The translations under genes were made by a program, and so were the position numbers. A model generated the notes under the pieces. It searched no databases and was not told the DNA's origin. It saw nothing but the letters and a program-made list of their open reading frames with translations. This document shows, piece by piece, positions 41,340-51,532 of a stretch of DNA of 64,000 nt. The stretch lies in contig OY769902.1 in NCBI GenBank assembly GCA_963669175.1, positions 2,560,001-2,624,000 of the forward strand. The letters are read 5' to 3'. This DNA is from a bacterium. GTDB taxonomy: Bacteria; Electryoneota; Electryoneia; Electryoneales; Electryoneaceae. The first letter of the stretch is position 1. Each line of letters begins with the position of its first letter.

Positions 41340-41383
41340 TTAGGAATTAGAGATTAGGAATTAGGAAATGTGGAGTTAGTGAA

Positions 41384-41630
41384 GGAAAATGGGGACTGCC
41401 ACGCTTTTCGCTTGCGGATAGGGCAGAATCCTAAACCATATTTGATTTGAACATATAAGAAACCTTTTCGTGAAAATATATTGCAAAAAGGTGGCTGTCA
41501 CAGCATTTTCCCTGCTTGAACTGACCTATTGCAGAAGGCGAAAAATCTGGTACAGTTACCTTTTCATTAATTCTGATTAGATTATTCTATTATTTGAATC
41601 ATGAAAAGGTAACTGTAGCATTTCTCGCCC
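41384..41630 (+). repeat. four-motif palindromic element, family R2 copy C
   Basis: GGAAAATGGGGACTGCCACGCTTTTCG ... AAAAGGTGGCTGTC ... GGTACAGTTACCTTTTCA ... TGAAAAGGTAACTGT. Confidence 0.85.
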
Positions 41631-41755
41631 TAGTAATCAGAAATAACACATGAATGAGTGAATATACGATAAATTGTGCAGACAATTAGAATCATTTGTG
41701 CCGTTTTCTTATTTGTGTTCTTTGCGTCTTCGCGCCTTTGCGTGAAACAAAGCAG

Positions 41756-41788
41756 AAAAAGGGCTGACTTCAAAGTGAAGCCAGCCCT
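41756..41788 (-). terminator. intrinsic terminator after sucD
   Basis: AGGGCTGACTTCA/TGAAGCCAGCCCT stem with an A5 run (U5 on the minus strand). Confidence 0.75.
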
Positions 41789-41816
41789 GAATTTGCTGTC
41801 AAACCTGCTTATTCGC

Positions 41817-42686
41817 TTACTTCCCCAGCGCTTCCTTCATGCGCATGCCGATGTCGGCGGGGGATTCAGCGACCAGGATACCCGCATCTCGCAGTGCTTT
41901 CTTCTTTTCCGGGGCAGTTCCCTTGCCGCCGGAAATGATCGCGCCCGCATGGCCCATACGACGTCCTGGAGGGGCTGTCGAACCGGCGATGAACGCTACG
42001 ACCGGCTTGCCGAATTCCTTCTTGATGTATTCCGCCGCCAGCTCTTCCGCGTTGCCGCCGATTTCACCGATCAGCACCACCGCTTCCGTATCGTCATCAT
42101 CCTTGAACAGCTTCAGCAGGTCGGTGAAGGTAGACCCGATCACCGGGTCGCCGCCGATACCGATGGCTGTGGACTGGCCGAAACCGTGTTCCACGAGCTG
42201 CCCGACCGCTTCATAGGTCAGGGTGCCGCTACGGCTGATAACACCAACATTACCGGGCTTGTGAATGAAGCCGGGCATGATACCGACCTTGGCTTCGCCG
42301 GGGGTGATGGCGCCGGGGCAGTTCGGGCCGATGAGCCGGGTCTTGCCCTTGATCTGGTGCCAGACCTTCAGCATATCCGCAGCCGGAATCCCTTCCGTAA
42401 TGCAGATCACCAGTTCAGCGCCCGCATCCGACGCTTCCAGAATACCATCCGCCGCGAAGGGGGGAGGTACGAAAATAATACTGGCGTTAGCGCCGGTCTC
42501 CTCGACCGCTTCCGCGACCGTATTAAATACTGGACGATCCAAATGCTTGGTGCCGCCCTTACCGGGTGTTACGCCTGCGACTACGTTGGTGCCGTACGCG
42601 ATCATCTGCTCGGCGTGGAAGCTGCCTTCCTTGCCGGTGAAGCCCTGTACGACCAGTCGGGTATCTTTACCTACGAGAATAGACAT
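41817..42686 (-). CDS. sucD: succinate--CoA ligase subunit alpha
   Basis: [38 protein letters not shown]. Confidence 0.98.
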   Translation of the reverse strand: MSILVGKDTRLVVQGFTGKEGSFHAEQMIAYGTNVVAGVTPGKGGTKHLDRPVFNTVAEAVEETGANASIIFVPPPFAADGILEASDAGAELVICITEGIPAADMLKVWHQIKGKTRLIGPNCPGAITPGEAKVGIMPGFIHKPGNVGVISRSGTLTYEAVGQLVEHGFGQSTAIGIGGDPVIGSTFTDLLKLFKDDDDTEAVVLIGEIGGNAEELAAEYIKKEFGKPVVAFIAGSTAPPGRRMGHAGAIISGGKGTAPEKKKALRDAGILVAESPADIGMRMKEALGK

Positions 42687-43861
42687 CAGTTACCTCCCTT
42701 CGCTGCAGCGACGACCTTCTCTGCCGCGTCCTTGAGGTTCGTAGCGACGATGAAGTCCAACGGCGATTCATCCAGCATCGTGGCGGCCTGTTCGGCATTG
42801 GTGCCTGCAAGGCGAACCACAACCGGGACATCCACACTGACATCATCATCGCTGAGCGCCGCGATCACGCCTTCCGCGACACGGTCACAACGGACAATAC
42901 CGCCGAAAATGTTGATCAGCACGGCTTTCACATTCGGGTCGCTCATGATCAGACGGAAACCGTTCTTGACCGTTTCCGGATTGGCAACGCCACCGACATC
43001 CAGGAAATTGGCCGGTTCGCCACCGCTGAACTTGATGATATCCATGGTGCCCATGGCCAGGCCAGCGCCGTTGACCATACAGCCCACGTTACCATCGAGC
43101 TTGATGTAGTTCAGGTTGAACTTGGACGCTTCGACTTCGGCCGGTTCTTCTTCGTCCAGGTCGCGAAGTTCGAGGATATCTTTATGACGATACAATGCGT
43201 TGTCGTCAAAGTTAATCTTTGCGTCGAGTGCGATGATGTCGCCATCACCGGTGAGGACCAACGGGTTGATTTCTGCCAGGCTGGCGTCGGTATGACGATA
43301 AGCGCTGTACAGTTTCAGGAAGAAGTTGGCGGCCTTGTTTACGGCTTTGCCTTCCAAACCAAGTGCGAATGCGAGGCTACGCGCTTCAAACCCCTGCATG
43401 CCATAGGCCGGATCAATTGCCAACTTGATGATTTTTTCCGGGGTTTCCGCGGCGACCTTTTCGATCTCCACACCACCCTCGGTGCTGACCATGAAGGTAT
43501 CGGCAACCTTTTCACGGTCAAGGGTCAAACCGGCATAGAATTCTTTCTTGATATCCATGCCCTGTTCAACCAGGAGGCGCTTGACTTCCTTGCCTTCCGG
43601 ACCGGTCTGATGGGTTACCAGTTGCATACCCAGCATCTTTTCCGCAGTTTCACGCGCTTCGGCAGGGTTCTTGACGACTTTTACACCGCCGCCCTTGCCA
43701 CGTCCTCCCGCGTGAATCTGTGCCTTGACAACTACTGTGCCACCTCCAAGATCCTTCGCTGCCTGTTCGGCTTCGTCTACCGTAAAGGCTACCTTGCCCT
43801 CCGGTACCGCAACCCCGAACTTCCTCAGGATCTCTTTCGCCTGGTACTCGTGGATTTTCAT
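42686..43861 (-). CDS. sucC: succinate--CoA ligase (ADP-forming) subunit beta
   Basis: [50 protein letters not shown]. Confidence 0.98.
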   Translation of the reverse strand: MKIHEYQAKEILRKFGVAVPEGKVAFTVDEAEQAAKDLGGGTVVVKAQIHAGGRGKGGGVKVVKNPAEARETAEKMLGMQLVTHQTGPEGKEVKRLLVEQGMDIKKEFYAGLTLDREKVADTFMVSTEGGVEIEKVAAETPEKIIKLAIDPAYGMQGFEARSLAFALGLEGKAVNKAANFFLKLYSAYRHTDASLAEINPLVLTGDGDIIALDAKINFDDNALYRHKDILELRDLDEEEPAEVEASKFNLNYIKLDGNVGCMVNGAGLAMGTMDIIKFSGGEPANFLDVGGVANPETVKNGFRLIMSDPNVKAVLINIFGGIVRCDRVAEGVIAALSDDDVSVDVPVVVRLAGTNAEQAATMLDESPLDFIVATNLKDAAEKVVAAAKGGN

Positions 43862-43878
43862 GCTTTCTCCAGCGTTTT

Positions 43879-44952
43879 TCACAGTATATCTGAACTGGCC
43901 TCGTTGCCTGCGCGGTTTGAAAGAACTTCCTTTATCTCATCAATTAAAGCTTGTGTATAATCATCCACATATTTTTCAGATACATGATGAAAACTTTGTA
44001 ACTTTTCCGGTGGAAATGTCATCGGGTCATAATGAATATAATGGACATTCTGATACTTGTCGGTTAATGCTGTTAGTTGTTTCCTGTATTGATCATAGAA
44101 GTTAAAAAATTCCGGGTCGTTTATCACGATTTCATCAACATAGGTATTGGCAATATATACATCAAACGAATAGCGTTCCGCTAATTCAAAGATTGTTCTA
44201 TAGGCAATCAGGTTCGTCTCTGAAATCGCAAATTTTCCGTCAGCATTTTCAATCGTTTGCCGCTGAATAGGTCTGTCATGGTTGACAACATATTCTGGTC
44301 GTGTCTTGGATAAAGGCTGAAAACCATTTTCGCGATCTGTGAAAAAATCGCGGGGTTTGGATTGAAGAAACATGTTCGGATGTGTCAAGAGTACCTGCAA
44401 TTCACTTTCACGATAGTACAAAGGCAAATACCGAGTCAAGATGATGTGAAGATAGTCGAGTCCTGTTACTTCAAACTCAGGCGTATACTTCTTCCAGAAA
44501 CTCAGTGGCGCAGGAACCCAGGCAAGATGGTGAATCTGGCGAAGGTCACGTACCAGAACATCATAGGCATTGCCAATCAGAACATGCTTTGGCGGTCCCT
44601 GCAATTCAATGTATCTTGCCAACATCCAGGCATTGTTTATTACAGTCATTTCGCCAAAAGTCGCAAGGTTTATCGCTGTGCCAAGATCATTCTCTTCAAA
44701 AAGAGCAGGATTGATGCCATGTCGTATGCTGGAATCCCCGAAAATCAACCAGTCATAGCTACTTTTTTCCATCATTTCATAGCGTGTACTAAGCAAATAA
44801 ATCCCTTGTTCCCGTGGGCGGATATTTAAAAACGCCATGGCTGCAAGGTTCGCCATGATTACCAGAAGAATTGCCAGTGACCATGTGATATAGAGTTCGC
44901 GCCTGTTTGCAGGGGCGATGACTTCACGTGTTAACGCTTTGTTACGAGGCAC
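43879..44952 (-). CDS. membrane-anchored SGNH/DltD-like putative acyltransferase
   Basis: single N-terminal TM; IFGDSS (block I Ser), INLA, C-terminal SFHH (His); GTG start after AGGAGG; directly downstream of the MBOAT. Confidence 0.7.
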   Translation of the reverse strand: MPRNKALTREVIAPANRRELYITWSLAILLVIMANLAAMAFLNIRPREQGIYLLSTRYEMMEKSSYDWLIFGDSSIRHGINPALFEENDLGTAINLATFGEMTVINNAWMLARYIELQGPPKHVLIGNAYDVLVRDLRQIHHLAWVPAPLSFWKKYTPEFEVTGLDYLHIILTRYLPLYYRESELQVLLTHPNMFLQSKPRDFFTDRENGFQPLSKTRPEYVVNHDRPIQRQTIENADGKFAISETNLIAYRTIFELAERYSFDVYIANTYVDEIVINDPEFFNFYDQYRKQLTALTDKYQNVHYIHYDPMTFPPEKLQSFHHVSEKYVDDYTQALIDEIKEVLSNRAGNEASSDIL

Positions 44953-44963
44953 CGGAAATCCTC

Positions 44964-46391
44964 CTAAAACTGAAAATAAATAAATTCAACAGATTCTCTG
45001 ACATTAAATACGACAATCCAGATAAGCATATATCCGTAAATAAGTCCTTGTATTACAGGTTTGTACGTTGTGAGAATAAGCAGGTTTCTTGAACGATACT
45101 GTACAATCTGGATGATGACTAAAGGAATGATAAAGAAGAGCAGGTTGCCCAACAGCGAGCGTGTCTGGTAAATGTCCTCAGTAAACACGCTAATTTGAGT
45201 AAAGAAGTATATAATCTGGTCAATTGTATGGGCACGGAAAAGAACCCACCCGATCATGGTAAGAACGAACATCAGGGCCATTTTTGACAGAATACGGATT
45301 TTGGAATACTGGCCGCCCCAGGGATCCTCATGTTCCGGATTACGATCAAACAGGCGATAAATTACCAGTATCAGGCCGTGAAACGCGCCCCAGAGAACGA
45401 AATTCCAGGAAGCGCCATGCCATAACCCTCCCAAGAGCATTGTAAGTGATAGATTGCGATACGTCATTATCGAGCCTTTGCGATTCCCGCCAAGGGCAAT
45501 ATACAGGTAATCCCGCAACCATGAAGAAAGCGAGATGTGCCAACGCAACCAGAAATCACTCGGATTAAGCGCGAAGTAGGGCAGGCGGAAGTTGACCATC
45601 AGCTCGAAACCGAGCAATTTGGAGATTCCTCGAGCAATATCAGAATATCCGGAGAAGTCGCAATAGATCTGGAAGGTAAACGCCAGGACGCCAATAAGCA
45701 GGTCTAACCCGTGATAATTGGTATATCCGTTGAAAATCTGATCTGATATCGCCGCGACATTGTCCGCAATTACAACCTTCTTGTAATATCCCCAGACAAC
45801 CAGAAATAGTCCTGCTTTTACCTGGTCAATCGTAATTTTTCTGGGTTGAATGATCTGCGGGAGCAGGTTTACAGCACGTTCAATCGGGCCGGCAACCAAC
45901 TGGGGGAAGAACGAAACAAACAAGAGAAAATCTGGGAAATCTTTAATCGGTTCCAGTTTTTTACGATAAATATCGATTGTATAGCTCATCGTCTGGAAGG
46001 TATAAAACGAGATCCCCACAGGCAGAATGATATTCAAGGTTGGCATATCCGGCTTCATCCCGAAAAGCATCAGGAAATCAACCAGACTATCAGCAAAGAA
46101 GTTGAAGTACTTGAAGAACCCCAGGAATCCAAGGTTTACACACATGGATACCAATAAGAAGAATTTGCGCTTCTTCTGGTTCGTCTCACTAAATACTTTA
46201 AGTCCGACGAAATAGTCTACAATGCTTGAAACAAAAATTAAGAATAAGAATCTGTAATCCCAATAACCATAAAAAACATAACTTGCTACCAATAATATAT
46301 AGTTTTGAATACGATATTTTCTTGAAAATGAAAAATATAGTATTAAAACCAATATGAAGAATATAACGAATATAAATGAATTAAAAAGCAT
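44964..46391 (-). CDS. MBOAT family O-acyltransferase (AlgI/PatA/DltB-like)
   Basis: PVGISFYTFQ, FFPQLVAGPI, YCDFSGYSD, FW.RWHISLS.W.RDY.YI, GLWHGA; C-terminus FIYFQF. Confidence 0.95.
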   Translation of the reverse strand: MLFNSFIFVIFFILVLILYFSFSRKYRIQNYILLVASYVFYGYWDYRFLFLIFVSSIVDYFVGLKVFSETNQKKRKFFLLVSMCVNLGFLGFFKYFNFFADSLVDFLMLFGMKPDMPTLNIILPVGISFYTFQTMSYTIDIYRKKLEPIKDFPDFLLFVSFFPQLVAGPIERAVNLLPQIIQPRKITIDQVKAGLFLVVWGYYKKVVIADNVAAISDQIFNGYTNYHGLDLLIGVLAFTFQIYCDFSGYSDIARGISKLLGFELMVNFRLPYFALNPSDFWLRWHISLSSWLRDYLYIALGGNRKGSIMTYRNLSLTMLLGGLWHGASWNFVLWGAFHGLILVIYRLFDRNPEHEDPWGGQYSKIRILSKMALMFVLTMIGWVLFRAHTIDQIIYFFTQISVFTEDIYQTRSLLGNLLFFIIPLVIIQIVQYRSRNLLILTTYKPVIQGLIYGYMLIWIVVFNVRESVEFIYFQF

Positions 46392-46559
46392 GTTGTTGAC
46401 CCAAGATTACGCACGTTGGTGAACTGTCACAAAAGATTGTGCCAAACCGGTATCGAGATATTCGTTATCATAGGCCAGAAACCAGTCTGCAGAAAACTCT
46501 ATGATCATGCTCGCGCGGACATTCAAAAGTACCAATGTCTTGGTAAAACAGGAAGCCGC

Positions 46560-46712
46560 CTAGAATATCGCATAGATAAAGGGAGCAACCGCAGAGCCTT
46601 GTGCAAGGACGAGCAGCAAACTGATAACCAGTAAAAAGAGAATAATGGGTGTAAGCCACCACTTTTTTCGGGTCTTCAGGAATCCCCAAATCTGGCCAAG
46701 TTTGGAAGCCAT
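46560..46712 (-). CDS. 50-aa DUF5989/SxtK-like membrane peptide (absent from the ORF track)
   Basis: manual translation MASKLGQIWGFLKTRKKWWLTPIILFLLVISLLLVLAQGSAVAPFIYAIF*; GAGGA RBS; RKKWWL.P...APFIY..F signature. Confidence 0.9.
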   Translation of the reverse strand: MASKLGQIWGFLKTRKKWWLTPIILFLLVISLLLVLAQGSAVAPFIYAIF

Positions 46713-46833
46713 TGTATGATCCTCTTCAAATGAATTTCAAGAAATGAACTGAAAAATGAACGAATAAAGTCCAACATACAAGAGCCTGCCAGGATAATAA
46801 GCGAAAAACATGCTCCAGACAGAAAAGGACTGA

Positions 46834-47238
46834 TCAGTACGGTTTATCTGGTCGACTCCCGGGACCATCAGGTTCAGTTTTCACCCAATATGAGGGCAGG
46901 TTCTTGTTAAATTTCAAACTTAACAAGTCCTTACCTGCAATTCTTGTGAGTAGTCCAATAGGCGTAATGACAATGAAGAAAGTCAAGGTTACGATAATGA
47001 ACGTCATAATCGTGCCAAGGATATAGGCGAATTTCATCCAGACAAACTCTATCGGCCGAAGGACATCAGGCAGAATAAGCCCAAAGATCAGGAAGAAGCC
47101 GCTAATACCCGCAAGTACCTGCCAAGTCGGAGCGTGTTCACGCCAGAAGGCGATAGCGGCAATAACTGCGAAACCTGCCGCCATAATTGCACCAAACTTC
47201 CTAAGATCTTTCCTCGTCGGTCTTTTCTTCTCGCTCAT
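46834..47238 (-). CDS. SxtJ family membrane protein
   Basis: LRKFG, WMKFA..LG, FF.VITPIG, DLL....SYW; follows the carbamoyltransferase. Confidence 0.85.
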   Translation of the reverse strand: MSEKKRPTRKDLRKFGAIMAAGFAVIAAIAFWREHAPTWQVLAGISGFFLIFGLILPDVLRPIEFVWMKFAYILGTIMTFIIVTLTFFIVITPIGLLTRIAGKDLLSLKFNKNLPSYWVKTEPDGPGSRPDKPY

Positions 47239-47247
47239 TGTAAAACC

Positions 47248-49074
47248 TTAGTCTAGCTCGTAAAGTTCACGCCAGTTTTCATCATCCTTCAAGGGAGCCT
47301 GTTCTTCCTTGTAAAGGATGATATCTTCGAGCAGCAGTATATCCATCTCTGTCCGCATGAAGCAGAGATACGCATCAGCAGGAGTACAGACGATCGGTTC
47401 GCCGCGTACGTTAAAACTGGTATTCACGACAATACCGTATCCCGTGCGCTCCTTGAACTTGCTGATAATCCTGTGATAGTTGGGATTGTCAAGCTTGTCA
47501 ACCGTCTGCACACGTGCACTGTAGTCAACATGAGTAATCGCTGGGATATCGGAGCGCGGAACATTCAGCATTTTGATGCCGAAATAACTCAATTCCTCTT
47601 TACTCATTTCCTTACGCCGTTCTTTACATACCGGAGCAACGAGCAGCATATAGGGAGATTCACGATCCAGCTCAAAGAACTCGCTGACATCTTCTACCAG
47701 GCAACTGGGGGCAAAGGGACGGAAAGATTCCCGGTATTTGATCTTCAGGTTCATGACAGACTGCATTTTCGGGCTACGTGCATCACCGATAATGGATCGT
47801 CCGCCCAGAGCCCTGGGACCAAATTCCATCCGACCGTTGAAGAAACCGACAACCTTCTCTTCGACCATCGCGTCCGCCGCCAGATCATATGTTTTTTCAC
47901 GATCAAAGCGATGGTAAGCGTAGCCTTTTTTCTTCAGCCAGTTTTCGATTTTTTCCGGCGCCCACGCTGGCCCAAGGTATGATCCGCGCTGTGAATCACG
48001 ACCATCGCCGGATGTTTGACGCGGTTTATCCAGATGTTGATGCCAGGTAAACAGCGCAGCGCCGAGGGCGCCGCCGGCATCACCAGCAGCAGGCTGAATC
48101 CATACCTTATCGAAGATATTTTCACGCAGGATCTTGCCGTTGCCAACGCAGTTCAACGCCACGCCGCCAGCCAGCACCAGGTTCTTCTCGCCGGTTTCCT
48201 TGCGTACATGCCTTGCCCAGCGCAACATGATCATTTCTGTCACATCCTGCACCGAACGTGCCAGATCCATTTCTTTCTGGGTGAGCTCAGATTCCGGTTG
48301 GCGTGGCGGGCCACCGAACAGGTCGTCGAACTTCTTCGATGTCATGGTCAGGCCCTGACAGTAGTTGAAGTAAGACATATCCATGCGGAAACTGCCATCT
48401 TCACGCAGATCCAGAAGGTTATTCAGGATTTTGTCCACATATATTGGTTTGCCGTAGGGAGCAAGCCCCATCACCTTGTATTCCCCGGAGTTGACCCGAA
48501 ATCCGGTGTAATAGGTAAAGGCGGTATACAGTAATCCCAAGCTGTGAGGGAAACGAAGTTCGTATTTCAGATCAATCTTGTTGCCGTTTCCAACGCCCCA
48601 CGATGCAGTCGCCCATTCTCCGACGCCATCCATGGTAATAAACGCCGCGCTGTCAAACGGGCTCGGATAAAAGGCGGAAGCTGCATGGGATTGATGGTGT
48701 TCAGGGTGGAGAACCTCGCCTGTGTAGCCATCAAGTTTTTTCTTGATCAAATCCCCCATCCATAATTTTTCCTTGAGCCAAAGAGGCATGGCTCGCAGAA
48801 AGGAGGGAAGACCCTGGGGGGCAAATGCCAGATAGGTTTCCAGCAACCGTTCAAACTTGATCCAGGGTTTGTCATAGAAAGCAACGTGATCCAGTTGCGC
48901 GGCTGTAATATCTGCTTCTTTCAGGCAATACTCAATCGCATTGCCGGGGAAGCGATGATCATGTTTCTTTCTACTGAAACGCTCTTCCTGAGCGGCTGCC
49001 ACGATCTTACCATCTTTCACAAGACAGGCAGCAGAGTCGTGGTAAAAAGCAGAAATTCCAAGAATTGCAGTCAA
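47248..49074 (-). CDS. O-carbamoyltransferase (NodU/CmcH/SxtI family)
   Basis: ILGISAFYHDSAA, QEERFSRKKH, EHH.SHAASAF, DGVGE, GEYKVMGLAPYG, GRMEFGPRALG, RESFRPFAP, NTSFNVRGEPIV; TTG start. Confidence 0.96.
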   Translation of the reverse strand: MTAILGISAFYHDSAACLVKDGKIVAAAQEERFSRKKHDHRFPGNAIEYCLKEADITAAQLDHVAFYDKPWIKFERLLETYLAFAPQGLPSFLRAMPLWLKEKLWMGDLIKKKLDGYTGEVLHPEHHQSHAASAFYPSPFDSAAFITMDGVGEWATASWGVGNGNKIDLKYELRFPHSLGLLYTAFTYYTGFRVNSGEYKVMGLAPYGKPIYVDKILNNLLDLREDGSFRMDMSYFNYCQGLTMTSKKFDDLFGGPPRQPESELTQKEMDLARSVQDVTEMIMLRWARHVRKETGEKNLVLAGGVALNCVGNGKILRENIFDKVWIQPAAGDAGGALGAALFTWHQHLDKPRQTSGDGRDSQRGSYLGPAWAPEKIENWLKKKGYAYHRFDREKTYDLAADAMVEEKVVGFFNGRMEFGPRALGGRSIIGDARSPKMQSVMNLKIKYRESFRPFAPSCLVEDVSEFFELDRESPYMLLVAPVCKERRKEMSKEELSYFGIKMLNVPRSDIPAITHVDYSARVQTVDKLDNPNYHRIISKFKERTGYGIVVNTSFNVRGEPIVCTPADAYLCFMRTEMDILLLEDIILYKEEQAPLKDDENWRELYELD

Positions 49075-49236
49075 GCGACCAAACCCTTGTTTGTTTTTAA
49101 TGCTAAGCGTCAGCTAAAACTAACAGTAAGCTATATTTGTGTTTAGAGTTGATCTGTTAAAGTAAAGGGTGAATAGAAGAACCAGAGCTTGAATCAAGTA
49201 TTCATTCGCAATGAGTAAAAAATAGAAGCTCAACTA

Positions 49237-50196
49237 TTAGTGATTTGTGATAGTCGTCCCCGCTTCTCCCTTCATGGCGGGAATAATATGCTCCAGATCG
49301 GTAATGACAACGCGTTCGCCACCGTTCTTCAGGAAATGCAATGCCGACTCGACTTTTGGTCCCATGCTACCCGCAGGGAAATGGCCGATGTCGAGATACT
49401 CCTGCGCTTCACTGAGCGTCAAGTGATCGAGCGCTACCTGGTCTTTTCGGCTAAAGTTCAGATATACCTTGTCCACCTGGGTCAAAATATACAGGTCTTG
49501 CGCTTCGATGTCGTTACCGAGAACTGCCGATGCGCGATCTTTATCAATCACGGCATCAACGCCGTCCAGGGCGCCGTTTTCCATCTTGAATACAGGTATA
49601 CCGCCGCCACCTGCACAAATCACTATCCAGTCTTGCGCTATCAGGTTGCGAATGGCCTCACTGTTCACCACTTCCAGGGGAATGGGGGAACCGACCACAC
49701 GACGCCAACCCTGCCGTCCCTGGTCATGCTTGACCACCCAATCGAATAGTTTGGCAAGACGATGCGCCTCGTATTCCGGATAAGTCTGACCGATAAATTT
49801 GGTTGGATTTTTTAGAGAGGGATCATCCTTGTCGACAAGTACCTGTGTGACAATGGAAGCGACTGATTTTTGAATCCCTTCTGCTTTCAGGCGGTTACAA
49901 AGGGATTGCTCCACCATGTAGCCCATCCAGCCTTCGGTCGATGCGACCAGAACTCCGAGGGGTAATTCGGGCGCACGTCCTCTGGCGAGTTCCTGCCGGA
50001 GCAGAGCATTCCCGATTTGAGGGCCATTGCCATGGGTTATGGCAACACGGATTCCCTGCTTTACGAGCGAAATAATAGCATCCATGCTGGCTCGTGTTTG
50101 CGCGAACTGTGCATGGATGTCGCTGGGCCCGCCAGGCGGGCTGATCGCGTTGCCGCCGAGTGCTACGACGGCAACGCGATCCCCTTTGGCACACAT
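49237..50196 (-). CDS. arcC: carbamate kinase
   Basis: VALGGNA, THGNGPQ, PTKFIG, WRRVV.SP, GGGGIPV, AVIDKD, GSMGPK. Confidence 0.95.
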   Translation of the reverse strand: MCAKGDRVAVVALGGNAISPPGGPSDIHAQFAQTRASMDAIISLVKQGIRVAITHGNGPQIGNALLRQELARGRAPELPLGVLVASTEGWMGYMVEQSLCNRLKAEGIQKSVASIVTQVLVDKDDPSLKNPTKFIGQTYPEYEAHRLAKLFDWVVKHDQGRQGWRRVVGSPIPLEVVNSEAIRNLIAQDWIVICAGGGGIPVFKMENGALDGVDAVIDKDRASAVLGNDIEAQDLYILTQVDKVYLNFSRKDQVALDHLTLSEAQEYLDIGHFPAGSMGPKVESALHFLKNGGERVVITDLEHIIPAMKGEAGTTITNH

Positions 50197-50197
50197 A

Positions 50198-51532
50198 TTA
50201 CTTCTTCGCTTTCGCGATGAAATCTGCGAGGGCGTCCTTCAGGTCGGGCTTGCCGATCTCCTGGAGGTCATACGCTACGCGGACGGACGGCTTGTCGATC
50301 TTGATGACACGACGCAAGTCAATCGGAGTGCCGATGACGACGGCTTCACAATCGACTGCTTCGATGGTCTTCTCGAGATCTTGCATCTGCTCGTCGCCAT
50401 AGCCCATGGCCGGAAGCAGGGAGCCGATTTCCGGGTAGATTTCGAAAGTTTCAGCGATACGTCCGGTAACCCAGGGACGCGGATCGACGAGTTCGGCAGC
50501 GCCAAACTTGCTGGCAGCGACGATACCGGCGCCGTAGGACATTTCACCGTGTGTAAGCGTCGGGCCGTCTTCCACGACCAGTACGCGCTTGTTACGGATG
50601 ATGGCTGCATCTTCCACGGAAACCGGGCTGGCAGCATCAATAACGATGGCGTTCGGATTCAGCTCAGCGATATTCTCGCGAACTTCTTCGATTGCATCGA
50701 GGTCGGCAGTGTCAATCTTGTTGATGACAATGATGTCGGCCATCAGCAAATTGGTCTCACCCGGGTAGTAACTGCGTTCGTGGCCCGGACGATGCGGGTC
50801 GACGACGACGATCTGCAGGTCGGCCTTGTAGAACGGGGTGTCGTTGTTGCCACCATCCCACAGGATGACATCAGCTTCTTTTTCCGCTTCACGGACGATA
50901 GCTTCGTAATCAACACCAGCGTAAATCACGTTGCCACGGACGATATGCGGTTCGTACTCTTCCATCTCTTCGATGGTGCATTCATGCTTCTTCAGGTCAT
51001 CCAGTTCAGCAAAACGCTGGACCTTCTGCTTTGCCAAGTCACCGTAAGGCATGGGGTGACGGATGGCGACGACCTTCAGCCCTGCTGCCTGCAATACTTC
51101 TTCCACGGCACGGGTTGTCTGGCTTTTACCGCAACCGGTGCGGATCGCGCAAATGGAAACTACCGGCTTGGTAGACTTGACCATTGTGTCAACTGCGCTG
51201 GCAAGAACAAAATCAGCGCCGGTCGCGTTTACCAGGCTGGCGTTATGCATAACGCGGGCGTAGGGAACATCGCTGTAGGAGAAATAGACCTGATCAGCAT
51301 TATGCTCTTCAATCAGCTCAACCAGTTTCTCTTCCGGTTCAATCGGGATCCCATTCGGGTACAGCTTGCCGGCCAGTTCTGCCGGGTATTTACGACCATC
51401 GATATCCGGGATCTGTGTAGCTGTAAATGCAACAACATCGTACTCTTCGTTGTCCCGGAACAGGACATTGAAGTTATGGAAGTCACGTCCGGCGGCTCCC
51501 ATGATGATGACCTTTTTCCGCGTGTCGGCCAT
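50198..51532 (-). CDS. cDPG-synthetase-like P-loop protein, probable arginine synthetase ArcE
   Basis: IIMGAAGRDFHNFN, AFTATQIP, RTGCGKS, RHPMPYG, EEMEEYEPH, WDGGNND, EDGPTLTHG; coupled to arcC. Confidence 0.85.
   Translation of the reverse strand: MADTRKKVIIMGAAGRDFHNFNVLFRDNEEYDVVAFTATQIPDIDGRKYPAELAGKLYPNGIPIEPEEKLVELIEEHNADQVYFSYSDVPYARVMHNASLVNATGADFVLASAVDTMVKSTKPVVSICAIRTGCGKSQTTRAVEEVLQAAGLKVVAIRHPMPYGDLAKQKVQRFAELDDLKKHECTIEEMEEYEPHIVRGNVIYAGVDYEAIVREAEKEADVILWDGGNNDTPFYKADLQIVVVDPHRPGHERSYYPGETNLLMADIIVINKIDTADLDAIEEVRENIAELNPNAIVIDAASPVSVEDAAIIRNKRVLVVEDGPTLTHGEMSYGAGIVAASKFGAAELVDPRPWVTGRIAETFEIYPEIGSLLPAMGYGDEQMQDLEKTIEAVDCEAVVIGTPIDLRRVIKIDKPSVRVAYDLQEIGKPDLKDALADFIAKAKK

Noticed and set aside
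41676-43960. 477-aa and 258-aa plus-strand ORFs
   Set aside because: Antisense shadows of sucD and sucC
46560-49074. Saxitoxin biosynthesis (sxtIJK-like genes)
   Set aside because: No sxtA/G/B or other pathway genes; this trio is widespread outside toxin clusters
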